DNA from: Octopus sinensis | Lineage: Eukaryota | Direction: 5' to 3' | Assembly (NCBI RefSeq): GCF_006345805.1 | Contig: NW_021836466.1 | Span: forward strand, 1-24,776 | Length of the DNA: 24,776 nt | Shown here: piece after piece, positions 10,220 through 20,605 of the stretch | How positions within the stretch are numbered: the stretch's first letter is position 1 | Layout: every line of letters begins with the position of its first letter | Notes under the pieces: generated by a model | Databases searched by the model: none | Told to the model about the DNA's origin: nothing | What the model saw: only the letters and a program-made list of their open reading frames with translations | Program-made: the position numbers and the translations under genes

Positions 10220-10730
10220 TCTCTATATATAAAACTGTAGTTGTGTGAATGTCTGTCCCCTTCGATTTAGATTCCTAACTACTCCCACATTTTGCGGTGC
10301 AGTTTAACCAAATTCGGGTATCTTATAGTCGTGATTCATATCGAGCCCGTCTGAGTATTAGCGCGCGTCTACGATGAATCTACGATTTTAAAAATAATTT
10401 AACATCATTTTTTATTCCATTTTAATGCATATTTTTTCGTGTGTCGATGGCGGCGGAGTTGGCGTCCATGGTCACACCTGCACCTGTGCTTCTCCCCCTT
10501 CTTCCCTCCCTCGTGAAGCTGTGGGGAAGGGGTTGTAAGGAAATCAACGTCGTAAAGCGTTGTCAAGGAGACCAGCGTTCTTTTAGAACAACGACTTCAT
10601 GGCTTGAAGACACCAAAAAGAAATGGCTCTAGAAAGCCCGAATTGGCATCTATAAGGGAAGTAACTCTCTAAAAATGCTTATATAGTTATTTCCCTTACA
10701 AACCCGAGCAACGCCGGGCGATACTGCTAG
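10220..10730 (+). mobile_element. Non-autonomous Helitron family N2
   Basis: A|TCTCTATATAT...CCCGAGCAACGCCGGG-CGATACTG-CTAG|T with no TSD. A second copy lies at 18846-19326. Confidence 0.88.
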
Positions 10731-10811
10731 TATATATATATATATATATCTTCAGCTAGCAGGCCTATATATATATATCTTCAGATATCTTCAGCTAGCA
10801 GGCCTTGCTAC

Positions 10812-10857
10812 TCTAGACTGATGATGGGAAAGACCCAGAAACATGCATGTCTCTAGA
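10812..10857 (+). ncRNA. Minimal type I hammerhead ribozyme
   Basis: Stem I TCTAGA(10812-17)/TCTAGA(10852-57); core CTGATGA (10818-24); stem II TGGG-AAAGA-CCCA; GAAA (10838-41); palindromic stem III ACATGCATGT (10841-50); GUC triplet with predicted cleavage after C10851. Confidence 0.88.
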
Positions 10858-11024
10858 TGCAGGCCTAGCTGTTGGTGGTGTTTGTCTCCCCTTCGTAAAT
10901 ATATAAGGACACAGGAAATGTGTCAAGGCCGGCAGGAAGCGTCGATGATTCCTAGGGCTAAATAGCGGTGGTGTAATTCCCTTACGGGACTGTCACGTTA
11001 AGTTGACAGTATACAATCAACCAA

Positions 11025-11076
<52 letters not shown>
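11025..11076. repeat. (CT)n(TA)n microsatellite
   Basis: Directly visible; supplies the TA target of the mariner. Confidence 0.95.
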
Positions 11077-11080
<4 letters not shown>

Positions 11081-11204
11081 GTCATCCCATAAGTTTTGTC
11101 CGATTTTACCTTTTTTAAAATTGAATGAAATTTAATAGTATTTTAGAATGTCAAATGGAATTAAAAATTATTTTTATGCATTTGTGTACATTTAAACTAA
11201 TTAA

Positions 11205-11503
11205 CTTTTTTTTCCTCTTCCCCTTTTTTCCCCTTTTTTCTTCTTTTTTCATTTCTCTTTTCTTTTGTTCCTTTTCCTTTTCTTTTTTTTTCTTTTTATT
11301 CTTTTTATCTTTTATTTTATTTATTTATTTATTTTTGTTTTTTTTGTTCGTTTCTTCCCTTTTACGATCCCTCTTGATCGAAAACCTACGCTACCCCCTT
11401 TTTTTTTCTTTTGTTTTTTTGTTTTTTTCATCCCCCAAAAGAAAAGCTCTACCTTGTAACTTGTCCCATCTGTGTGCAGCCCTGTGTGGCCAATAAAGAA
11501 ACT
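11205..11503 (+). mobile_element. Tx1-like LINE 3' UTR inserted in the mariner 5' UTR
   Basis: Ends CAATAAAGAAACT. 7-bp TSD TAATTAA at 11198-11204 and 11504-11510. The empty site is visible at about 7900-7925. Confidence 0.9.
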
Positions 11504-11566
11504 TAATTAAATATTATTTTACAGAATAATAGAATTAAAATTTCTTTGATTAAAACCCTTTCTATC

Positions 11567-12428
11567 ATGGAAGTATCCAAAGAGCATTTGAGGCACATAA
11601 TGCTTTATGAGTACAAAAAAGGAAACTCTGCAGCCGAAGTGACTCAAAACGTACACTCAGTTTATGGGAAAGAATATTTGAATGAAAGAACTTGCAGAAG
11701 ATGGTTTGCAAAATTCAGAAGTGGAGATTTCAGCCTTGAAGATGAAGATTAAACAGGACGTCCAGTTGAGTTTAATGATAAGCTCCTTGAGGCATTACTT
11801 GAAGAAAATCCTGCATTATCAGTTGAAGAATTGGCAATAAAGCTTAGTACAAAACATACAACTGTTCAGCGTCATCTTCAACAACTTGGAAAAGTTCCTA
11901 AACATGGAAAATGTGTGTCACATGAATTGTCCGAAAGCAACCGCAAATCCCGAGTTGACATCAGCTCTTCTCTCTATTCTTGTGAACTCATTTCACCCTT
12001 TTTGGATAGACTTGTGACTGGTGATGAAAAATAGATCTTCTATTGAAATGTTAAATGTCGTAAACAGTGGCTTGGTAAAAGGGGAAAGCTCAACAACATC
12101 CGAGAAGGAAACTTCATGGAAAAAAGGTTCTTCTCTCTATCTGGTGGGATTGCAAAAGAGTAATTCACTTTGAATTGTTACCACTGAATGCAACAATCAA
12201 TTGCTCAAGTCTTCTGTCAGCAATTAGCGCATTTGAACCAAGCTTTGAAGAAAAAAAGACCCGCTTTAGTGAATCGAAACGGAGTGATGTTTCATCAGGA
12301 CAATGCGAGAACCCACACTGCAAAGATCACATCACAGAAAACCGAAGAGCTTGGTTGGGAAAAAAATCCTCATCCACCTTATTCTCCCGACCTTGCTCCT
12401 TCAGGCTACCATTTGTTTCGTAGTTTAC
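11567..12428 (+). pseudogene. Mariner (DD34D) transposase pseudogene
   Basis: MEVSKEHLRHIMLYEY..WFAKFRSGD, LVTGDEK, FHQDNAR, YSPDLAPSGYHLF. Exactly 34 residues follow the second D, and the third catalytic D is replaced by G. Stops at 11750 and 12032, plus frameshifts. Confidence 0.93.
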
Positions 12429-12574
12429 ATGTATATATATCATGATGATTTGCATCAGGTATCAAAATGTCCGCATCATGACTATTTTATGTATTGTTTA
12501 TAGAGAATAAAAAGTTTTGAATGGTATAACAATGCACTATAATACAGACAACGGGCTATATACCTGTTGTAATA

Positions 12575-13000
12575 TCTGTGTATATAAAACTCAACTTGTG
12601 TGTCTGTGTGTGTATCTGTGTGTGTGTATGTGTGTTTAACTTCCCGGCACATCTCCTCCAAGCCAACAAATCGTAGAGCTACCAAAAATGGGTCACTTAA
12701 AGTTTAGGCGAATGAAAATTGATCTGCGCTATTTCTGTTACGAAATTCAACTCGCAAGTGCAAAAATCGATAATGTGTTTGTTTAGGCCTTACCCCATGC
12801 ATTAAATAGTGAACTTTACTCAGTCAGCTGTTTGACGTGAACTGTGTTCACCACGCGTGCAAATGAATTTTCGGGATGTAGCCTGGAGTTTTTTCGTATT
12901 AATCGTTTGGACTTTGTGAACACATACCAATTGTTTTCATAACATTTTAAACGCTTTGAATTAAATGTGACCATTTTGCAAAGCCGGGCAATACTGCTAG
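12575..13000 (+). mobile_element. Non-autonomous Helitron family N3
   Basis: A|TCTGTGTATATAAAAC...GCCGGGCAATACTG-CTAG|T. Homologous to 16361-16751. Confidence 0.82.
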
Positions 13001-13014
13001 TATATATATATAAC

Positions 13015-13240
13015 GCAGCGAGCTGGCAGAAACGTTAGCATGCCGGGCGAAATGCTTAGCGGTATTTTGTGTGCCGCTACGTTCTGAGTTCAAATTCCGC
13101 CGAGGTCGACTTTGCCTTTCATCATTTCGGGGTCGATAAATTAAGTACCAGTTCACTGGGGTCGATGTAATCGACTTAATCCGTTTGTCTGTCCTTGTTT
13201 GTCCCGTCTGTGTTTAGCCCCTTGTGGGTAGTAAAGAAAT
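13015..13240 (+). mobile_element. SINE family C monomer
   Basis: Head, B box, Nin/Deu-like core; ends gggtagtaaagaaata. Confidence 0.9.
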
Positions 13241-13644
13241 ATATATATATAACGCAGTAGGACTGACCCCGGAATCATGTGATTAGGAGGCAAACTCCTT
13301 AACACACAGTCACATCTGCCCCGGAAGTAGTTTCAATTTCACGTTAGGTTTCCATCGGGGGTTTAGTACAGAATATTTTTAATGTTTCGCGTTTGAGTAG
13401 CCTGTATTAATGCCCGCCGAGATATTGGTTACATACTCATTATTACTATAAAAAAAAAGCAAATAAGTTGGAAATGGATTGACCAATTTTAAATGTGCAA
13501 CACTTTCTTGGCAACATGTTGGATTAATAAATAACATTTGTATTAATAGTGTTTTTGTCTCAAAGCGATAAAATATTTTAGAGGTCAGCTGCCCAATTCA
13601 TAACACTCGTTTCAAAATCAATGAAAATGCGAACATATACTATC

Positions 13645-14031
13645 TACTCTTTTACTCTTTTACTTGTTTCAGTCATTTGAGTGCGGCCATGCTGGAGCAC
13701 CGCCTTTAATCGAGCAACTCGACCCCGGGACTTATTCTTTTTTTGTAAGCCCAGTACTTATTCTATCGGTCTCTTTTGCCGAACCGCTAATTTACGGGGA
13801 CATAAACACACCAGCATCGGTTGTCAAGCAATGCACACAAACACATACACGCATATATATACATATATACGACGGGCTTCTTTCAGTTTCCGTCTACCCA
13901 ATCCACTCACAAGGCTTTGGTCGGCCCGAGGCTATAGTAGGAGACACTTGCCCAAGGTGCCACGCAGTGGGACTGAACCCGGAACCATGTGGTTGGTAAA
14001 CAAGCTACTTACCGCACAACCACTCCTGCGC
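13645..14031 (-). mobile_element. SINE family B, full length
   Basis: Same structure as 9638-10055. Confidence 0.9.
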
Positions 14032-14046
14032 TATATATAATGTATG

Positions 14047-14082
<36 letters not shown>

Positions 14083-14096
14083 ATATATTATATATA

Positions 14097-14163
<67 letters not shown>

Positions 14164-14199
14164 TATATATATATATACAACCACTCCTGCGCCTATATA

Positions 14200-14581
14200 T
14201 CTCTTATATAATAAACGGCAGTTTGTCTGTGCGTTTTCTGTGTGTCTGTTTTCTCGTTACCCTCACTCTGACCACGGCTTTCAACCGATTCTGATGAAAC
14301 TTGACACACACATAGCCCAATGTCATAATTCAAAACTAACGCAGCGAAAATTTTGAAAAGTCCCCCAGTTCTGAAAAAAATCGATAAATTCGACATGGGG
14401 TCGAGAATCAGAAACCCAAACCACAGACCGTCTAGGGGACGCAACTCCACCTTTTTTAACTCTCAAAAAAAATTTACCATCATTTTTTTTCCATTTTTTT
14501 GCTATTTTTTGGCTATAACTCTCTAAAAAGCTTTATAGTTATTTCCCTTACAAACCTGAGCAACGCCGGCGATACTGCTAG
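14200..14581 (+). mobile_element. Non-autonomous Helitron family N1
   Basis: A|TCTCTTATATAATAAACGG...GCAACGCCGGCGATACTG-CTAG|T. Confidence 0.85.
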
Positions 14582-14956
14582 TATATATATAACGGCAGTT
14601 TGTCTGTGCGTTTTCTGTGTCTCTGTTTTTTCTCGTACCCTCACTCTGACCACGGCTTTCAACCGATTCTGATGAAACTTGACACACACATAGCCCATGT
14701 CATAATTCAAAACTAACGCAGCGAAAATTTTGAAAAGTTCCCCCGTTCTGAAAAAGATCGATAAATTCGACATGGGGTCGAGAAAAAGAAACCCAAATCA
14801 CAGACCGTCTAGGGGACGCAACTCCACCTTTTTTACTAAAAAAAAATTTACCATCATTTTTTTTCCATTTTTTTGCTATTTTTTGGCTTAACTCTCTAAA
14901 AATGCTTTATAGTTATTTCCCTTACAAACCTGAGCAACCGCGGGCGATACTGCTAG
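14582..14956 (+). mobile_element. Helitron N1, second head-to-tail copy
   Basis: A near-identical repeat of 14200-14581, ending CTAG|T. Confidence 0.8.
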
Positions 14957-14999
<43 letters not shown>

Positions 15000-15004
15000 A
15001 ATAT

Positions 15005-15528
15005 ACGATGGGATTCTTTCAGTTTCCGTCTACAAGTCAACTCACAAGGCTTTGGTCGGCCCGAGGCTATAGTAGAAGACACTGCCCAAGGTGCCACGCA
15101 GTGGGACTGAACCCGGAACCATTTGGTTGGTAAACAAACTACTTACCACACAACCACTCCTGCGCCTAGATAATATAAGATAACTCGTAAAAAACATTCA
15201 TGTGGAACACCCCAAACTTTTTTCACCATTGTAATCGCAAACAGCAGGCCGGAATTTATATGTAACTAGCAGTATCGCCCGGCGTTGCTCTGGTTTGTTA
15301 GACCTTTAGAATTGGAATTTTCGAAAAGTAAAAAATTTGGCAGTTTGTAGCTTATTATTCTCTTTAAGTGAAAACACCAAAAATGTCGACACAGCAGTCA
15401 AAAAATCGTAAAAAATAGGGATTTTCATAGAAAAAAAGCACCTTTTTGATGTAAATATGTTTGGTGTTAACATGGTCGATTTGAATTTTTTCTTCTACGG
15501 AAGGAAGAGTTAGCCTTCTTCTATCATA

Positions 15529-15585
<57 letters not shown>

Positions 15586-16150
15586 ATATATATATATATA
15601 ACATAATAACGATGGGATTCTTTCAGTTTCCGTCTACAAGTCAACTCACAAGGCTTTGGTCGGCCCGAGGCTATAGTAGAAGACACTTGCCCAAGGTGCC
15701 CGCAGTGGGACTGAACCCGGAACCATGTGGTTGGTAAACAAACTACTTACCACACAACCACTCCTGCGCCTAGATAAGATAGATAACTCGTAAAAAACAT
15801 TCATGTGGAACAACCCAACTCTTTTCACCATTGTAATCGCAAACAGCAGCCGGACGGAATTTATATGTAACTAAGTATCGCCCGGCGTTGCTCGGTTTGT
15901 TTAGACCCTTAGAATTGGAATTTTCGAAAAGTAAAAAATTTGGCAGTTTGTAGCTTATTATTCTCTTTAAGTGAAATACACCGAAAAATGTCGACACAGC
16001 AGTCAAAACATCGTAAAAAAAAGGGATTTTCATAGAAAAAAAGCACCTTTTGATTTGTAAATAATGTTTGGTGTGTAACATGGTCCATTTCGATTTGAAT
16101 TTTTTCTTCTACGGAAGGAAGAGAGTTAGCCTTCTTCTATCATACTCTCA
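15005..16150. repeat. Tandem duplication with a period of about 604 bp (SINE B 5' half + spacer + Helitron 3' part)
   Basis: 15005-15534 is repeated at 15609-16150. Each copy has a minus-strand SINE B head (to 15166 / 15770) and a minus-strand Helitron end (CTAG at 15266; damaged at 15871), separated by (TA)n. Confidence 0.9.
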
Positions 16151-16183
16151 ATATATAATATATATATATATATATATATAATA

Positions 16184-16221
<38 letters not shown>

Positions 16222-16310
16222 TATATATATATATATTTATGTTGTAAATATATATATATATACATATATATATATGAGGATATATTATATATATATATAT
16301 TATATATATA

Positions 16311-16360
<50 letters not shown>

Positions 16361-16364
<4 letters not shown>

Positions 16365-16751
16365 TACGAAAAACCCTCCAGGCTACATCCCGAAAATTCA
16401 TTTCTTTCCCGAATTTCTACAATGTTTATGGCGTTTCGTTTTTATATCTTGATTTTTGATTTTTCATGCAATTTACGCATGCTTGCACGCGTGGTGAACA
16501 CAGTTCACGTCAAACAGCTGACTGAGTAAAGTTCACTATTCAATGCATGGGATAAGGCCTAAACAAACACATTATCGATTTTTGCACTTATAGATGAATT
16601 TCGGAACCGAAATAGCGCAGATCAATTTTCATTCGCCTAAACTTTAAGTGACCCGTTTTTGGTGGTTCTACGATTTGTTGGCTAGGAGGAGATGTACCCG
16701 GAAGTTAAACACACAGAGACAGACACACAAGTTGAGTTTTATATATAGAGA
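16361..16751 (-). mobile_element. Helitron family N3, 5' part
   Basis: Reverse-strand A|TCTCTATATATAAAACTC start. Homologous to 12575-12900, with about 80 extra bp. The 3' end runs into (TA)n. Confidence 0.8.
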
Positions 16752-16977
16752 TATCCCTAAAATTTGTGTAACACTAAGGGAAGTAACCCAACTGGTAAGA
16801 AAGATGTTGGTTGCTTTGGTAGCGATGTTATCGGAGACGGCGGTATTGGTTGGTACGATAGTGCTGATGTGGAAGTTAGTAGCAGTGAATGGAAAGATAA
16901 AGAGAGAGAGAAAGAGAGAAAGGCAGAGGTATCTACGAAGTGAGATGTGTGTTACCACTGCGTCTTTAGTTATCTCA

Positions 16978-17845
16978 GTGAAGACGCAATGGCCCAGTGG
17001 TTAGGGCAGCGGACCCGCGGTCATAGGATCGCGATTTCGATTCCCAGACCGGGCGTTGTGAGTATTTATTGAGCGAAAACACCTAAAGCTCCACGAGGCT
17101 CCGGCAGTGGATGGTGGTGATCCCTGCTGTACTCTTTCACCACAACTTTCTCTCACTCTTACTTCCTGTTTCTGTTGTACCTGTATTTCAAAAGGGCCGG
17201 CCTTGTCACTCTCTGTGTCACGCTGAATATCCCCGAGAACTACGTTAAGGGTACACGTGTCTGTGGAGTGCTCAGCCACTTACACGTTAATTTCACGAGC
17301 AGGCTGTTCCGTTGATTCGGATCAACCGGAACCCTCATCGTCGTAACCAACGGAGTGTTTCCATATTGAGCGAAAACACCTAAAGCTCCACGAGGCTCCG
17401 GCAGGGGATGGTGGTGATCCCTGCTGTACTCTTTCACCACAACTTTCTCTCACTCTTACTTCCTGTTTCTGTTGTACCTGTATTTCAAAAGGGCCGGCCT
17501 TGTCACTCTCTGTGTCACGCTGAATATCCCCGAGAACTACGTTAAGGGTACACGTGTCTGTGGAGTGCTCAGCCACTTACACGTTAATTTCACGAGCAGG
17601 CTGTTCCGTTGATTCGGATCAACCGAAACCCTCGTCGTAGTAACCGACGGAGTGCTTCCATTCCATTTCAAAGGGCCGGCCTTGTCACTCTGTGTGTCAC
17701 GCTGAATATCCCCGAGAACTACGTTAAGGGTGCACGTGTCCGTGGAGTGCTCAGCCACTTACACGTTAATTTCACGAGCAGGCTGTTCCGTTGATTCGGA
17801 TCAACCGGAACCCTCGTCGTCGTAACCGACGGAGTGCTTCCATCC
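16978..17845 (+). mobile_element. SINE family A trimer (one full and two 5'-truncated units)
   Basis: Units at 16978-17363, 17364-17664 and 17665-17845, each with its own TTCCA end. A single 10-bp TSD agttatctca at 16968-16977 and 17846-17855. Confidence 0.92.
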
Positions 17846-18631
17846 AGTTATCTCATTCTCTCCTCTTCTCTCAGTCTCTCTTTCCGTCTCTTTCTCCATC
17901 CACCATTATCGATAGAAACATCTTTAAATATTTTAATCCGTAATGCATAAAATGTGAAGTATTAAAAGTACATCGTCTGCCAAAAACGTGTTCCATGTCA
18001 ATAAAACATAAATATTACTCCTGAAATCGTATCTAATTTATTAATAAATCTCTGAACGAGATATAAACAGTAACGGCTCGACAACGTAAAGTGTACTAGC
18101 CATCTGAATGTGGCTAGCCACTGGGGGTGGGGTGTTACTGATGCTTTTAGCCCCAGGAGATCAACGTCACCAGCTGGCCTTAGACACAAAATTTCAGTGC
18201 CCTTGTGTTATTTGCAAAGGGAGGTCATCCTCCCTCGAAAACCTAAGTGATACATACGGACTATAGTTTCAAGGTAATTGCCTCTCCTCAACCGGTGTTT
18301 ACCATGCGTTGACGCATTTATTAATGCTTTCAGACAGTTTTTCTAAATCAGTGACAGTGGTTGCTGTGAAAAACGTTAAATATTATTATTTGCAAAGGTC
18401 TCTTCGGTTTTGCATTTGGTTTTCAAGATTGTTGATGTAAACTTGTGTGCGGAAACAAATCCTGTTGTATTTCGGAACGGTCATTGCACCAATAATAAAT
18501 ACACGCACGGGTTCTATTTCTCTTCTCTATTTTTTATAATATATCCTCTGTAATGCTTTATGACACTACTTTCTAATTATTTAATTTTGTCCCGACTCAT
18601 ATCCGCCGATTTTGCCGTAGCTCGAACTTAC

Positions 18632-18763
18632 CGGTCTTTCCACATAAATGCTGTACATGGCATTGGAATTCAAGACTTGAATGTGTAGATAGAGGTTGAA
18701 ATATTTCTCTTGATGGCTGGAATTCATGCTAGTCCCAAGATAAAATCTTGTTTTGATTTCTGT
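18632..18763 (-). other. Candidate 132-bp internal coding exon (unsupported by homology)
   Basis: Acceptor ccttttatcccatAG and donor CCG|GTAAGT. Only phase 0 is open: TEIKTRFYLGTSMNSSHQEKYFNLYLHIQVLNSNAMYSIYVERP. The sequence context is non-repetitive. Confidence 0.2.
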
Positions 18764-18845
18764 CTATGGGATAAAAGGCCCCTAACGTCGATATTGCAAT
18801 AGGAAATTAACCAGTTATTTTTTAAGCAGTGAATTTTATTTGACA

Positions 18846-19326
18846 CTAGCAGTATCGCCCGGCGCTGCTCGGGTTTGTAAGGGAAATAACTATATAAGCA
18901 TTTTTAGAGAGTTACTTCCCTTATAGATGCCAATTCGGGCTTTCTTAGCCATTTCTGTTTTGGTGTCTTCAAGCCATGAAGTCGTTGTTCTAAAAGAACG
19001 CTGGTCTCCTTGACAACGCTTTACGACGTTGATTTCCTTACACTCCCTTCCCCACAGCTTCACGAGGGAGGGAAGAAGGGGGAGAAGCAAACAGGTGCAG
19101 GTGTGACCATGGACGCCAACTCCGCCGCCATCGACACACGAAAAATTATGCATTAAAATGGAATAAAAAATGATGTTAAATTATTTTAAAAATCGTAAAC
19201 TCATCGTAGACGCGCGCTAATACTCAGACGGGCTCGATATGAATCACGACTATAAGATACCCGAATTTGGTTAAACCTCATCGAAGAGGACAGACACTCA
19301 CACAACTACAGTTTTATATATATAGA
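18846..19326 (-). mobile_element. Helitron family N2 with an internal deletion
   Basis: Reverse complement of 10220-10730 missing about 50 bp. Both A|TC and CTAG|T ends are intact. Confidence 0.88.
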
Positions 19327-19498
19327 TGTCGCCTGCAGGCAGATTTTATTGTGAAGAAAAGTAATATGAGTGATAAAATGGCTTAATAGGGGTTTTCGCT
19401 ACTATTTTTAGCATGTAAGGGTTTTGAAAACCTCTTAGTTATAATTGTGACTTGATCATAATTATATACGTTCTTCATATATATATATATATATATAT

Positions 19499-19675
19499 GA
19501 GTGGCCGTGTGGTTAGTAGCTTGCTTACAAACCACATGGTTCCAGGTTCAGTCCCACTGCGGGACACCTTGGGCAAGTGTCCTCTACTATAACCTCGGGC
19601 CGACCAAAGCCTTGTGAGTGGATTTGGTAGACGGAAACTGAAAGAAGCCCGTCGTATATATGTATATATATGTGT

Positions 19676-19714
<39 letters not shown>

Positions 19715-19950
19715 TGTGTTGTGTGTGTGTGGTGTGTGTTTGTGTCTGTGTTTGTTCCCCTAGCATCGCTTGGCAACCGATGCTGGTGTGTTTACGTTCC
19801 CGTAACTTAGTGGTTCGGCAAAACAAACCGAAAGAATAAGTACTAGGCTTACAAAGAATAAGTCCTGGGGGTCGATTTGCTCGACTAAACGCGGTGCTCC
19901 AGTATGGCCGCAGTCAAATAACTGAACAAAGTAAAAGAACCAAAGAGAGT
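19499..19950 (+). mobile_element. SINE family B
   Basis: Head, B box, core, internal (TG)n and tail. Confidence 0.9.
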
Positions 19951-19979
19951 ATATATATTATATATATATTATATATATA

Positions 19980-20031
<52 letters not shown>

Positions 20032-20605
20032 ATATATATGTATGGATATGTGTATATATATATATAATTATACACGCACACATATGCATACATATATATA
20101 TACACACACATATATACATGCATACATATATATATATATACATATGCTCATATATATATACACATAACTATAACTATATATATATATATATACATACATG
20201 CAACTTGACGATGGCTAGTTTGATGACTATAATCTCCATATGAATATGTGTATGCCCGTGTGTGTGTATCCGGTGTATACCGTCTCCAACCGTGACAGTG
20301 TCACCGAGTAAAACTGCCCACTCATAATGAGTCGACGCTGTGCGCTTTTGGGTAGGGTCCGTCTTCGTGCGCTTTCAGGGTGGATGATGGATTGTCAAGC
20401 TGTTTAATCAGGGTGGAGCTGTTGAGTGATGCGTAACCAAGCAATAATGAGTTCAGTCATGCAAGGGTAGAAGGTAAGACACGCAGCTCTTCCTTGCTGA
20501 TTGATGACGGTCGTTGATTGATCAGATTTATGATCGGCGAACTTCCAGCCGTGCCCTTCCCGTCTTTGTTTTTACGTTAGGAACGATGTTAATAAGTTTC
20601 AACTA

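Larger units (their letters stand above)
11077..12428 (+). mobile_element. Mariner DNA transposon, 3'-truncated
   Basis: TA|TCAGGTCATCCCATAAG terminus, 5' UTR interrupted by a LINE 3' end, and a decayed transposase. No right TIR was found. Confidence 0.92.

Noticed and set aside
14178-14192. Second copy of the SINE B head (caaccactcctgcgc) after a long TA run
   Set aside because: Too short to interpret, and it lies in an error-prone TA-rich region; probably slippage or an assembly stutter.
3851-20243. YIYI/THTH-type ORFs and the repeated ...PAVLFHHNFLSLLLP... and ...QIHSQGFGRPE... ORFs
   Set aside because: These are translations of microsatellites and of SINE A/B bodies, not genes.
20379-20473. 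Exon-like segment between ctttcAG and AAG|GTAAGA
   Set aside because: It has stop codons in all three frames.
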